Below are positions 10,411 to 21,000 of a stretch of 54,823 nt of DNA, piece after piece. The DNA comes from Candidatus Geothermocultoraceae bacterium (GTDB taxonomy: Bacteria; Actinomycetota; Aquicultoria; SKW223; CALKMS01). Below the pieces are notes generated by a model, which saw only the letters and a list, made by a program, of their open reading frames with translations, had not been told where the DNA came from and made no database searches. Location: NCBI GenBank assembly GCA_036796755.1, contig DAIRCJ010000001.1, positions 1 to 54,823 of the forward strand, read 5' to 3'. Each line of letters opens with the position of its first letter. The first letter of the stretch is position 1. Position numbers and translations under genes: made by a program.

Positions 10411-11607
10411 ATGGCGCGTTATTTTTTTACTTCAGAATCAGTAACCGAAGGTCATCCTGATAAATTAGCTGATCAGATTTCCGATGCTGTTCTGGACGCT
10501 ATATACAAGGATGATCCTATGGGCAGGGTTGCTTGCGAAACTTTAGTTACCACCGGGTTAGTGATTGTAGCTGGCGAGATTAGCACCCAGACTTATGTTG
10601 ACATACCGAATTTAGTTAGAGGAATAATTAAAGAGGTTGGCTATACCCGAGCCAAATATGGCTTTGACGGAGATACCTGCGGAGTCATCACGGCCATTCA
10701 AGAACAATCTCCGGATATTTCTGAAGGCGTTGAACACGCCTACGAAGAAAGGACAGGAGAAGCTCAAGACGCCGAGCTTGACCGTCAGGGAGCCGGAGAC
10801 CAGGGAATGATGTTTGGTTATGCTTGCACGGAAACACCCGAGCTGATGCCCTTGCCTATAATGCTGGCTCATAAATTAGCTCATCGTTTGGCTGAGGTCA
10901 GGAAAGCTGAAATTTTACCTTATTTACGTCCGGATGGAAAATCTCAGGTGACGGTAGAATACGAAAATGGCAAGCCAGTGAGAGTTGATACTGTCTTAAT
11001 TGCTGCTCAGCATCGCCCGGGAGTTGATGTTGAGAACCTTTTGAAGCCCGATTTAATTGAGCATGTTATTAAGCCAATTCTTCCCGAAGAACTCGTTGAC
11101 TACCGCCGATTAAAAGTTATTGTTAATGCGGGTGGACGGTTTGAGATTGGGGGGCCAAAGGCTGACACCGGTCTAACCGGAAGAAAAATTATAGTGGATA
11201 CTTACGGGGGAGCAGCTCGTCACGGAGGAGGTTGTTTTTCTGGAAAAGACCCGACCAAGGTGGACCGTTCCGGCGCCTATATGGCCAGGTATGCCGCCAA
11301 AAATGTGGTGGCAGCTGGTCTGGCTGAAAGATGCGAAATTCAGGTTTCTTACGCTTTGGGCAAAGCCCGGCCCGTCTCTTTAACGGTGGAAACTTTTGGC
11401 ACGGAAAAGATTGAAGCCAGCAAAATTGAGGAAATTGTCAAAGAGGTTTTTGATTTCCGCCCAGCTGCTATCCTTAAGAACCTGGATTTGCGAAGGCCTA
11501 TTTATCGCAAGACCGCTTGTTACGGCCATTTTGGCCGCAGTGACAAAGACTTTACCTGGGAAAGAACCGACAAGGCTGATGAGTTAAAAAGATTAGCTGG
11601 CTTGTAG
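10411..11607 (+). CDS. metK: S-adenosylmethionine synthetase
   Basis: 398 aa. Has [29 protein letters not shown] and [16 protein letters not shown]. Confidence 0.97.
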   Translation: MARYFFTSESVTEGHPDKLADQISDAVLDAIYKDDPMGRVACETLVTTGLVIVAGEISTQTYVDIPNLVRGIIKEVGYTRAKYGFDGDTCGVITAIQEQSPDISEGVEHAYEERTGEAQDAELDRQGAGDQGMMFGYACTETPELMPLPIMLAHKLAHRLAEVRKAEILPYLRPDGKSQVTVEYENGKPVRVDTVLIAAQHRPGVDVENLLKPDLIEHVIKPILPEELVDYRRLKVIVNAGGRFEIGGPKADTGLTGRKIIVDTYGGAARHGGGCFSGKDPTKVDRSGAYMARYAAKNVVAAGLAERCEIQVSYALGKARPVSLTVETFGTEKIEASKIEEIVKEVFDFRPAAILKNLDLRRPIYRKTACYGHFGRSDKDFTWERTDKADELKRLAGL

Positions 11608-11624
11608 TCTTTGTTTGGCTTTAA

Positions 11625-12614
11625 ATGAAAAAAGATACAGTGGCTTTCACTTCAACCATTCCGGTTGAGATAGTTTTCTCTTCCGGTCGAAAACCCGTTG
11701 ACCTCAACAACTTATTTATATCTTCTTCTGAGCAAAAAAACTACCTTAAGGAAGCCGAAGAACAAGGTTTACCTCGCAATTTATGCTCCTGGATTAAAGG
11801 AGTTTACATAGCAGCTTTAAAAACTAAAGCGAAGACGGTAATCGGAGTCTTAGAAGGCGACTGCAGCAATACTCATGCCTTGCTCGACCTCTGGAAGGAA
11901 AAAGGGATAGAGGTTATTCCTTTTTCTTATCCGGCTGACCGATGTCCAGAGCTTTTAAAGTTTCAAATAGAAAAGCTAAAAAAGAAGTTTAAGGTGAGCG
12001 ACCAGGAGCTAAACGAAACTCACCAAAAGCTCAATTCATTAAGAGAATTAGCCGACAGAATTGATTATTTAACTTGGAAGGAAAATCTTATAAGCGGTTT
12101 TGAAAACCATTTTTTTCTCATCAGCACCAGCGATTTTATTTCTTCAACGAAAGCCTATGAGAGAAAGGCTTCCAGGCTGATAGCTGAAGCCTCCAGAAGA
12201 GAGCCCTTCCCTCAAAAAGTACGTCTGGCATATGTGGGAGTTCCTCCGATTTTCCCGGAAATTTATCGCTTTCTGGAATCAATAGGAGCCCGGGTGGTGT
12301 ATAATGAAGTTCAGCGGCAGTTCACTATGCCAAAGAACCGCCATAACCTGATAGATCAGTATCTTTCTTATACTTTTCCCTATGATATCTATGCCCGCCT
12401 TGAAGACATCAAGGAAGAAGTGAAAAAAAGAGAGGTTCACGGCGTTATTAACTATGTTCAGAGCTTTTGCTATCGTTCCATTTATGAGTCTTTAATTAAA
12501 AGGAGCCTGAATTTGCCCGTTTTGACCATTGAAGGAGATTTACCCGGAGAGCTTGATTTTCGCACGCGGCTGCGGCTTCAAAGCTTTGTGGAAATGTTAA
12601 AGGGAAGGTTGTAA
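11625..12614 (+). CDS. 2-hydroxyacyl-CoA dehydratase / benzoyl-CoA reductase family protein (HgdB/BcrC-like, single subunit)
   Basis: 329 aa. The layout is typical of the HGD-D family, with spaced cysteines (NLCSWIKG, EGDCSNTH, QSFCYRS). Its stop overlaps the start of the activase gene. Confidence 0.65.
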   Translation: MKKDTVAFTSTIPVEIVFSSGRKPVDLNNLFISSSEQKNYLKEAEEQGLPRNLCSWIKGVYIAALKTKAKTVIGVLEGDCSNTHALLDLWKEKGIEVIPFSYPADRCPELLKFQIEKLKKKFKVSDQELNETHQKLNSLRELADRIDYLTWKENLISGFENHFFLISTSDFISSTKAYERKASRLIAEASRREPFPQKVRLAYVGVPPIFPEIYRFLESIGARVVYNEVQRQFTMPKNRHNLIDQYLSYTFPYDIYARLEDIKEEVKKREVHGVINYVQSFCYRSIYESLIKRSLNLPVLTIEGDLPGELDFRTRLRLQSFVEMLKGRL

Positions 12615-13375
12615 TGGCTCTGGGTCTGGATTTAGGCAGTCAAAGGGTCAAAGCAGTGGTTTTAAGCCAGAACCAGGTTAAAAAACGGAAATGCTGGCAA
12701 ACAGTGAATTTTTTTAACCAGTATTTAGAAAAAAAAGGTGAGGCCCTTCACCTTGTTAACTTTCCTCTTCTTGAAGAAAAGGTGGCTTTAACCGGTTATG
12801 GCTCAACTTTTTTAAAAGTGGCTCAAGGAGAAAAGGTAACCGAGATAACGGCTCATCTAAAGGGCACAATTTATTTTTGGGGGAGAAAATTGTCTGATTT
12901 CACTCTCCTTGATGTTGGCGGTCAGGACATCAAGGTTATTAAAGTTAGAGAAGGAAGGGTAGTGGATTTTTTGACCAATGACCGCTGTGCTGCTTCATCA
13001 GGAAGCTTTCTCCAGCATATGGCCAATTTTTTGAAGGTTGATTTGAGCTTTTTAATGAATCAGTATAAAAATCCAGTGGAACTTAACACCACCTGTTCAG
13101 TTTTTGCGGAAACCGAAATTATTGAGAAGTTGAGTCGGGGAACAAGCCTGGAAAGCCTTTGCGCCGGTATTAACCAGGCTCTTTACTTGAGAATTAAGCC
13201 TTTTCTTTTGAGGCTTCCTTCAGAGGTCGTTGTTCTTTCGGGTGGAGGTGGAAACAATCCCGCTCTGGCTTATTTTCTAAAAAAGGACCTGAAAGTGAAG
13301 GTTGAGTTTAATCCTTATCCTGAATACACCGGGGCGCTGGGATGCGCTTTAATAGCTGAGGAAGGCCGAGATTGA
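12614..13375 (+). CDS. acyl-CoA dehydratase activase (BadF/BadG/BcrA/BcrD ATPase family, HgdC-type)
   Basis: 253 aa. Has the ASKHA ATPase motifs LGLDLGSQ and DVGGQDIKVI, plus the cluster-ligand contexts NDRCAASSGSFL and TCSVFAETE. Confidence 0.8.
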   Translation: MALGLDLGSQRVKAVVLSQNQVKKRKCWQTVNFFNQYLEKKGEALHLVNFPLLEEKVALTGYGSTFLKVAQGEKVTEITAHLKGTIYFWGRKLSDFTLLDVGGQDIKVIKVREGRVVDFLTNDRCAASSGSFLQHMANFLKVDLSFLMNQYKNPVELNTTCSVFAETEIIEKLSRGTSLESLCAGINQALYLRIKPFLLRLPSEVVVLSGGGGNNPALAYFLKKDLKVKVEFNPYPEYTGALGCALIAEEGRD

Positions 13376-14055
13376 AATCAATTGTTTTGCTTTCAGCCGG
13401 GCTTGACTCAGTAGTTAATCTGGCTTTCGCCGCCAGGAAAACCCGAGTTCGAGCTGCTCTTACTTTTGACTACGGACAGAAAGCGGCAAAAAGGGAGGCT
13501 TATTTCTCAGCTCAGTTAGCCAGGTATTACGGCGTTGAAAGTGTCTTAGTTAAGCTTCCCTTCTATAAAAAAATAGGAAAAGCCGGCTTGTTGAAGGGAG
13601 AAGTTCCTAAAGTTAAAGCTGAAGAGCTTGAAGATAAAGAAATACTTAAGCAAAAGTCGCTTCAGGTCTGGGTGCCCAGCAGAAACCTGGTTTTTTTAGC
13701 GGTGGCTGCTGTTTTCGCTGAATACCTTGGGGCTGAAAAGATAGTTGCTGGTTTCAACCTTGAAGAGAGTCAGAACTTCCCTGACAACTCTTTTGAATTT
13801 TTAAAAGCAGTTAATGACACTTTAGTTTTTTCCACCCTCAAAAAAGTGGAAGCAATTTCCTATACTCTGAATATGACCAAGAAAGATATTGTTCAAAAGG
13901 GAATGGAGCTTAAGATACCCTGGGAGTTTGTCTGGTCCTGCTACCGGGGTTCGGAGAAAATGTGTGGACAATGCGAGTCCTGCCAGCGATTGATACGGGC
14001 AAGCCAGGGAAGCACCGCCTGGGAAGTTTTAAAGGGAAGGTTTAAAAATGCTTAA
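13372..14055 (+). CDS. queC: 7-cyano-7-deazaguanine (preQ0) synthase
   Basis: 227 aa. Has an N-terminal PP-loop (VLLSAGLDSVV) and the C-terminal Zn motif CGQCESCQRL. Confidence 0.9.
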   Translation: MKSIVLLSAGLDSVVNLAFAARKTRVRAALTFDYGQKAAKREAYFSAQLARYYGVESVLVKLPFYKKIGKAGLLKGEVPKVKAEELEDKEILKQKSLQVWVPSRNLVFLAVAAVFAEYLGAEKIVAGFNLEESQNFPDNSFEFLKAVNDTLVFSTLKKVEAISYTLNMTKKDIVQKGMELKIPWEFVWSCYRGSEKMCGQCESCQRLIRASQGSTAWEVLKGRFKNA

Positions 14056-14623
14056 AACCCTGTTTTACCACGACAATCAAGTTTTTTACGACGGCAGCCA
14101 GCTTGCTCCAGGCTGGATAGAAAAGAGATTTAATTTAAAAGGAGATTCCCTTGTCTCTTTTGTTGGCGGCTGCAATGTTAAGTTTGAGCATATGGTAGAT
14201 TTAAAAGATTTTGAGGAGAAAAATTTTATCCGCTCTGATTTGATGCTTCATTTTTTGGGAGAGTTTTTTTCCTCAAACGACCTTTACTTTAGTTTTGCTC
14301 TTCAAAGGCTTCTGGTTCTGCTGGCTAAAGAAACTCTTGAAGAAATGAGTCTTAAAAAATTAAACCGGGAAGGCGATGACCTTTATTATTTTAAAAGAGG
14401 GGAGAAAGGAAAGCTTTCAATCTCGGTAGCTACGGTTTCTTCCGTTTCCTCTCTCTTTCACTTTGCTTTGAACCTAAAAAAAACCGGCACTCCTGTGAAG
14501 GTGGCAACGATGAAAGATTTAGGAGTTGAAGCCTATGAGTTTGCCCCCCTTCTTCTTAAAAAATTTTCCTTTGAATACCAAAACCTGATTGAGGAGTCAA
14601 AAAGGGTCAGAAGGCGGGATTAG
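14048..14623 (+). CDS. uncharacterised protein embedded between queC and queE (possibly DUF366/COG2029-like)
   Basis: 191 aa. The ATG overlaps the queC stop. I recognised no catalytic motif. The DUF366 suggestion rests only on recalled gene context with queC/queE in archaea, not on a search. Confidence 0.4.
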   Translation: MLKTLFYHDNQVFYDGSQLAPGWIEKRFNLKGDSLVSFVGGCNVKFEHMVDLKDFEEKNFIRSDLMLHFLGEFFSSNDLYFSFALQRLLVLLAKETLEEMSLKKLNREGDDLYYFKRGEKGKLSISVATVSSVSSLFHFALNLKKTGTPVKVATMKDLGVEAYEFAPLLLKKFSFEYQNLIEESKRVRRRD

Positions 14624-14634
14624 AAGGAGGAAGG

Positions 14635-15405
14635 CTGAGCAAAGCAAACCTGGTTGAAGTTTTTACTTCCCTTCAGGGCGAAGGCACATTAATGGGAGTG
14701 CGTCAAATTTTTCTCCGTTTTTCTGGTTGTAATTTAAGGTGCGATTACTGCGATACCGATTTTTCTATAAAAAAGGAGTTCCGTCTGGAAAACCAACCTT
14801 TTTCTCAAAAATTTGTTTATTTACCTAATCCGGTGGATATATCCAGTTTATTGAGGTTGGTGGTTGATTTAAAAAAGAAAGCTCTTGCCAACTGGCTGAC
14901 CTTGACCGGGGGAGAACCCCTTTTACAGTCTGATTTTTTGTCTTCCTTTCTTTTAGAGGCAAGAAAAGAAGGCTTGAAGATATTTTTAGAAACTAACGCC
15001 ACTTTACCTGAAGAATTTTTAAAGGTTAAAAAATATCTGGATTTTGTTTCTATGGACTTAAAGTTACCTTTTCTCTCGCGCCCAAAGCGAGCTTTGAAAA
15101 AGCAGTTTGAGTTTTTTCGCCTTGCTTCCGAGCTCAAAGGGGAAGTTAAGCTGGTATTAGTTGATTTCGACCATTTTGCCGAAAAAAAGGGGGGAAGTAA
15201 AGCAGAAGATTTAATTGAAAACTTCCAAAAAAATATAAAGAAGTTTAGCCAGGTTTTGCCCTCACATCCTTTAATTCTTCAGCCAGCTACAGCTTTCTTC
15301 TCTCCCGACCTTTCAAAGATGCTAGAATACCAGGCTCTGGCTTTAGAAATTCATCCTGAGGTCAAACTACTGCCTCGCCTTCAAGTTTTGTATAATTTAC
15401 TTTAA
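14635..15405 (+). CDS. queE: 7-carboxy-7-deazaguanine synthase (radical SAM)
   Basis: Has the CX3CX2C motif GCNLRCDYCDT. The conserved QueE N-terminal block EVFTSLQGEGTLMG lies upstream of the first ATG (14692). The start is therefore placed at in-frame CTG 14635, 4 nt after GGAGG. The exact start is uncertain. Confidence 0.8.
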   Translation: MSKANLVEVFTSLQGEGTLMGVRQIFLRFSGCNLRCDYCDTDFSIKKEFRLENQPFSQKFVYLPNPVDISSLLRLVVDLKKKALANWLTLTGGEPLLQSDFLSSFLLEARKEGLKIFLETNATLPEEFLKVKKYLDFVSMDLKLPFLSRPKRALKKQFEFFRLASELKGEVKLVLVDFDHFAEKKGGSKAEDLIENFQKNIKKFSQVLPSHPLILQPATAFFSPDLSKMLEYQALALEIHPEVKLLPRLQVLYNLL

Positions 15406-15406
15406 G

Positions 15407-15757
15407 ATGAGTATGAAAATTGAGAAGCCCTGGGGAGAGGTTAAGCAGCTCACTTTTAATCAGAATGCGACTGTAAAGCTGATAACCCTGAAGCCCGGCC
15501 ACAAAACCAGCCTTCACCGCCATCACTTAAGGGATGATTTATGGTTAATTCTTGACGAGGGGATAACCGTCCAGATTGGTGAGGAATTGATAGAAACCAA
15601 GCCGGGTGAAGAATATGTGGTTCCGGCTGAAAAGCTTCACCGAATTATTTCTCAAGATAAAGAAGCCCGGGTTTTGGAAATTGCTTTTGGTTACAGCTTT
15701 GAAGATGACGATTATATGGTGGAAGACGATTACGGGCGCTTAACTTCCGAAAAATGA
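15407..15757 (+). CDS. small cupin protein (type II phosphomannose-isomerase C-terminal cupin-like)
   Basis: 116 aa. Has KPWGEVKQL...LKPGHKTSLHRHHLRDDLWLIL...EDDDYMVEDDYGR, which is a cupin metal-site pattern. Confidence 0.7.
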   Translation: MSMKIEKPWGEVKQLTFNQNATVKLITLKPGHKTSLHRHHLRDDLWLILDEGITVQIGEELIETKPGEEYVVPAEKLHRIISQDKEARVLEIAFGYSFEDDDYMVEDDYGRLTSEK

Positions 15758-16557
15758 AGTATTCGCTAATTACCTTTCTTTCTGACTTTGGTTTATCCGA
15801 CGAGTATGTGTCTTCTTGCCTTGGGGTTATAAAATCAATTGCTCCGCAAGTGGAGATTTTGAGCTTAACTCATCTGATACCCCCCGGCGATGTGCTCAAA
15901 GGAGCCTTCACTTTAGCCGCTTCCCTTCCCTATTTTCCTGAAAACTCTGTTCATCTGGCTATTGTTGACCCTGGAGTAGGAAGCGAAAGAAAAAAAATCG
16001 TGATCAAAGCTAAAAATGGAAGTCTTTTAGTCGGACCCGATAACGGTCTTTTTAGTCTGATTATAGAAAGAATTGGTTTGGTTTTAGTTCGGGAAATTAA
16101 AAATCCTTCTCTTCTGGCAGGAAAAGTAGCACCAACCTTTGAAGGCCGAGATGTTTTCGCCCCAGTCGCTGCTCGTCTTGCTCTGGGTTTTCCTTTTGAA
16201 GAAGTGGGACCGGAGACAAAACAGCTGGTGCCTCTAAAACTCCCTGAAGTTCAGCTTACCGCTGAAGGCTGGAAACTTACGGTGTTAGATATTGATAGAT
16301 TTGGCACAGTCAGGTTTAATTTTTTCTTTCCACGGTGGCCCAATTTTCCATTTAAATTTGGCGAAATGCTCATTTTCAAAACAACTGCCAAGGTTATTGA
16401 GGCCCCATTTTTAAGAACTTTTTCTGATGCCTCTCCAGATAATCCTCTTTTTTTTGAAGATTCCTCGGGCTTCCTTGCCCTGGCTATTAACCAGGGAAAT
16501 GCTGCTCTGAGGTTTAACCTGGAAAGGAACCATTCTGGTATACTGAGTAAAGCCTAA
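15754..16557 (+). CDS. SAM hydrolase / SAM-dependent halogenase family protein (DUF62, SAM hydroxide adenosyltransferase-like)
   Basis: 267 aa. Has ITFLSDFGLSDEYVSSCLGVIKSI, VDPGVGS and FEGRDVFAPVAA, which are typical of the DUF62 family. Confidence 0.8.
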   Translation: MKYSLITFLSDFGLSDEYVSSCLGVIKSIAPQVEILSLTHLIPPGDVLKGAFTLAASLPYFPENSVHLAIVDPGVGSERKKIVIKAKNGSLLVGPDNGLFSLIIERIGLVLVREIKNPSLLAGKVAPTFEGRDVFAPVAARLALGFPFEEVGPETKQLVPLKLPEVQLTAEGWKLTVLDIDRFGTVRFNFFFPRWPNFPFKFGEMLIFKTTAKVIEAPFLRTFSDASPDNPLFFEDSSGFLALAINQGNAALRFNLERNHSGILSKA

Positions 16558-16561
16558 AAAG

Positions 16562-18001
16562 ATGAGCGTAAGAGTAAGATTCGCTCCTAGCCCAACTGGA
16601 CATCTTCACCTTGGTGGTGCTCGAACGGCACTTTACAATTTCCTTTTTGCTCGCCAGAACAGAGGAAAGTTTATTTTAAGGATTGAAGATACCGATTTAA
16701 CACGCTCCACTGAGGAAGCCATTGAGAGTATTATCCAGGACCTATTATGGCTAGGACTAAACTGGGATGAGGGCCCGGATGTTGGCGGGCCTTACGGACC
16801 TTACCGCCAAACCCAAAGGCGAGAAATTTACCGTAAATACCTCGATATTCTATTAAAAAAGGGTCTGGCTTATTACTGCTACTGCTTCCCTGAAGAGCTG
16901 GAAAGGCAAAGGGAGGAAGCCAAAAGAAAAAAGGAAAGTTTTCGATATAATCGTCGCTGCCGCTTTTTATCTGACGAAGAAAGAAAGAAGTTAAGCAAGA
17001 CAAACCCTTCTCCCTCTATCCGTTTTTCTTCTCCTCTAAAAGGTGAAACAGTGGTTAAAGATTTAATAAGGGGGGAGGTGGTTTTTAAGCACTCAGAATT
17101 AGACGATTTTATTATTTTCCGTTCGGACGGGACACCAACCTATAACTTTGCGGCTACCATTGATGATGCCACTATGAAAATCACTCATGTTATCCGCGGG
17201 GACGATCACCTTTCTAACACTCCCAAACAAATAAACATTTATAGAGCATTGGGATTTGAAATTCCGCAGTTTGCACATCTCTCGATGATTTTGGGCCCGG
17301 ATAAAAAACCCCTTTCTAAAAGACATGGTGACACTGCTATATCACAATACCGACAAAAAGGGTTTCTTCCGCAAGCTATGGTCAATTACCTTGCTCTTTT
17401 GGGATGGTCTTATGACGACAAAACAACTTTTTTTACTCAGCAGGAATTAATAAAGTTTTTTTCCTTAAACCGAGTCTCCAAAAATCCAGCCGTCTTTGAT
17501 TTGGCTAAGCTCAAATGGTTAAATGGCCATTACTTAAGGCAGTTAGACGATTTAACCCTTTTTAAACTACTTCTTCCTTTTTTTGAAGAAAAAGTTATAG
17601 GTTTTAATGCTGAAAAGCTTAAAAAAGGCGTTCCCTTAATAAAAGAAAGGATTAGCGTTTTAAGTGAAGCTGTTGATTGGCTTGACTGGTTGTTTGCTTC
17701 AGATGTTCTTTACAATCAAGCCGATTTTAAAAAAATAGCCTCTCTTTCTCAGCTAGAGCTAATAATAAATAATGCTATTGAGGCTCTAAGCAAGCTTGAC
17801 AACTTCAAAGCTGAAGAGCTTCAAAATGTCTTGCGGGGGAAAGTTGCCGAGCTTGAAGTTAAGCCGAAGACTTTTTTTCAGACCCTTCGGCTGGCTATTA
17901 CTGGAAAGCTGGTCAGCCCGCCTTTATTTGAGTCAATGGAAATTTTAGGCAAAGAAGAAACTTTAAGAAGACTGAAAAAATTTTTAGACTGCTTTGTTTA
18001 A
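16562..18001 (+). CDS. gltX: glutamyl-tRNA synthetase
   Basis: 479 aa. Has the class I signatures PSPTGHLHLGGARTA (HIGH) and KPLSKRHG (KMSKS). Confidence 0.95.
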   Translation: MSVRVRFAPSPTGHLHLGGARTALYNFLFARQNRGKFILRIEDTDLTRSTEEAIESIIQDLLWLGLNWDEGPDVGGPYGPYRQTQRREIYRKYLDILLKKGLAYYCYCFPEELERQREEAKRKKESFRYNRRCRFLSDEERKKLSKTNPSPSIRFSSPLKGETVVKDLIRGEVVFKHSELDDFIIFRSDGTPTYNFAATIDDATMKITHVIRGDDHLSNTPKQINIYRALGFEIPQFAHLSMILGPDKKPLSKRHGDTAISQYRQKGFLPQAMVNYLALLGWSYDDKTTFFTQQELIKFFSLNRVSKNPAVFDLAKLKWLNGHYLRQLDDLTLFKLLLPFFEEKVIGFNAEKLKKGVPLIKERISVLSEAVDWLDWLFASDVLYNQADFKKIASLSQLELIINNAIEALSKLDNFKAEELQNVLRGKVAELEVKPKTFFQTLRLAITGKLVSPPLFESMEILGKEETLRRLKKFLDCFV

Positions 18002-18032
18002 ATCGTTATAGTCTCGTGATAGCATTTAACCT

Positions 18033-21000
18033 ATGATGGGAAAGGAAAGAAATAACTTTGTTCATTTACATGTTCATTCTGAGTTTTCCTTGCTTGATGG
18101 AGCGATAAAAATTCCCGAGCTGGTTGAACGCGCGGACGAGTTGGGTTTCAAAGCTCTGGCTCTAACCGATCACGGGGCAATGTACGGGGCAATTGATTTT
18201 TACCAGGAATGCGTGGAAAAAGGGATTAAGCCTATTATTGGTTGCGAAATTTATCTGGCTCGCCATAGCCGCTTTGATAAATCACAGCCCAAAGGAGATT
18301 CGCCTCATCATCTTCTGCTTCTGGCTGAGAACAACGAAGGCTATCAAAATCTCTGTCAGATAGTTACCCAGTCTTATCTTGAAGGCTATTACTATAAACC
18401 CCGGGCTGACAAAGAGCTTCTGGAAAAGTATTCCGGGGGCTTGATTGCCCTTTCCGCCTGCATAGCCGGGGAAATTCCCCGCGAGTTAATTAACAGCGGC
18501 GACCTCAAGAAAGCTCGAGAATTAGCGAGAGAATATCAGGAAATTTTTGGGAAGGAGAATTTTTTCCTTGAGATTCAAGACCACGGGATTAAAGAACAAA
18601 AAATCGCCAATGAAGGGTTAGTTAAAATTGGAAGGGAGTTAAAAATCCCTCTGGTCGCAACTAACGACATCCATTATTTGAATGCCAGGGACCGGGAAGC
18701 CCACGAGGTTTTGCTTTGTATTCAAACCAACTCAACTTTAAACGACGAGGACCGTTTGACTTTCTCTAGCGACCAGTTTTATTTGAAAAGCGAAAAGGAA
18801 ATGGCAAAGATTTTTGCTGACTATCCGGAAGCTTTAAGAAATACTCTTTGGATAGCTGAAAGAGTTAATTTAAACTTTGATTTTAACTCTCTTTATCTTC
18901 CTCATTACAGTGTCCCCGAGGGTTACACTCTGGAGAGCTACTTAAGGGAGCTTTGTTTTCAGGGGGCAAAGGAGCGCTTTGGAGAAGAGATCCCTCAAGA
19001 GGTTAAAGAAAGGTTAGAACACGAGCTCCAGGTTATCGAAAAGATGGGCTTTGCTGGCTATTTCTTAATTATCTGGGATGTGATTAACGCTGCTCGAGAA
19101 AGAGGAATAAGAGTGGGGCCGGGGCGGGGTTCAGCTGCGGGCAGCTTGGTGGCTTATGTTTTAAAAATAACCAGTATAAACCCGCTTGATTATGGCTTGC
19201 TTTTTGAAAGATTTCTTAATCCTGAACGAAGAACTATGCCCGATATAGACATTGACTTTTGCGAAGACCGCCGGGAGGAAATAATTAACTATGTTCGAGA
19301 AAAGTATGGAGAGGACAGAGTGGCTCAGATTATTACTTTTTCGACGATGAAAGCCCGGGCAGCGGTTCGAGACGCTGGAAGGGTGACGGGGTATTCCTAC
19401 AGTTTTGTTGACAAGTTAGCTAAGTTAATCACTAAAGAAACCATTGAGCAGTCAATTTCAGAAGTCAGTGAGGTAAGAGAAAAGTATCAGAACGACGAAG
19501 ACGCCCGACGAATCCTGGACACTGCCAGACGGCTTGAAGGGCTTGTCCGACAGGACTCCATTCACGCTGCTGGGGTGGTGATTTCTCGCGAACCGCTTAC
19601 CCGGCTGGTTCCTCTCCAAAGAAAAGGAGACGCTGAGATAGTTACTCAGTACTCCATGGGAGCTCTGGGAAAATTAGGCCTGCTTAAAATGGATTTCCTT
19701 GGTTTAAGAACTTTGACCGTTATAGAAAACGCATTAAAACTTATTGAGGAAAATCGGGGCATAAAACTTGACCTTGATAGCTTACCTTTAGATGACGAAA
19801 AAACTTACCAGCTAATTCAGGAAGGCAACACAGTCGGGGTTTTTCAGTTAGAAAAAGCAGGAATGAGGGAATTGCTTAAAGAACTTAAACCTACCCGATT
19901 TGAGGACATTGTGGCTGCTAACGCTTTAAATCGACCTGGCCCAATAAAAAGCGGAATGGTCCGGGATTTTATAGACCGCAAACATGGCCGAAAACCGATT
20001 GTCTATCCTCACCCTTTGCTCGAAAAGATTTTAGAAGAAACCTACGGAACAATAGTTTATCAGGAGCAGGTTATGGGAATTGCCAGTGAACTTGCTGGCT
20101 ACACTATGGCCGAAGCTGACATTTTACGGAAGGCAATGAGCAAAAAAGAGAAAAACCTGCTGGAAGAGCAAAAAAGGATTTTTGTAAGCAAAGCAGTGGA
20201 AAAAGGAGTAGAAAAAGAAAAAGCTATCTCAATCTTTGAGACAATGGCTCCTTTCGTTGAATACGCTTTTAACAAAAGCCACAGCACAGCTTACGCTTTA
20301 ATCGCGTATCAGACGGCTTATTTGAAAGCCCACTATCCAATTGAGTTTCTAACCGCTCTCCTTTCCAGCGTGAAGGAAGACAAGGACAAGGTGGCCCTTT
20401 ATATTTACGAAGCTAAAAAATGGGGAATTAAAATCTTTTTGCCTGATGTGAACAAAAGCCAGGAAGACTTTTCCATTGAGGGGAATTCCATTCGGTTTGG
20501 CCTTTCGGCCATCCGGAATGTGGGCAGCAGTGTAGTAGAAGAGATAATTTCTTCTCGCCAGACCCGGCCTTTTCAGAGTTTCTTGGACTTTTTAACCCGA
20601 GTTGACCTTTCTCGAGTCAATAAAAAAGCTGTCGAAAGTTTAATCAAGGCTGGCGCTTTTGATTCACTTGGATACAAAAGAAAAGAGCTTTTAAATAGCT
20701 ATCCATTATTTTTAGAGATGATTCAGAAACAAAAGAAAGAACAGGAGAAAGGTCAGATGTCCCTTTTTGGCAAAGAAGAAGTTGAGGAAACAAAAGAAAA
20801 CATAGAGAAGTTAGGGGAGTTTGAACAATCTGAGCTGCTTTCAATGGAAAAGGAAATGCTGGGCGTTTATGTGAGTGGCCATCCCTTGACCGGCCTGGAA
20901 AAACTTCTTGAGTTTCACATCTCTCACACTTCCAGCGCTCTGGAGGAAACCGTTGACGGTCAGGAAATAGTAGTCGGCGGTGTTATTACTTCCCTTAAGA

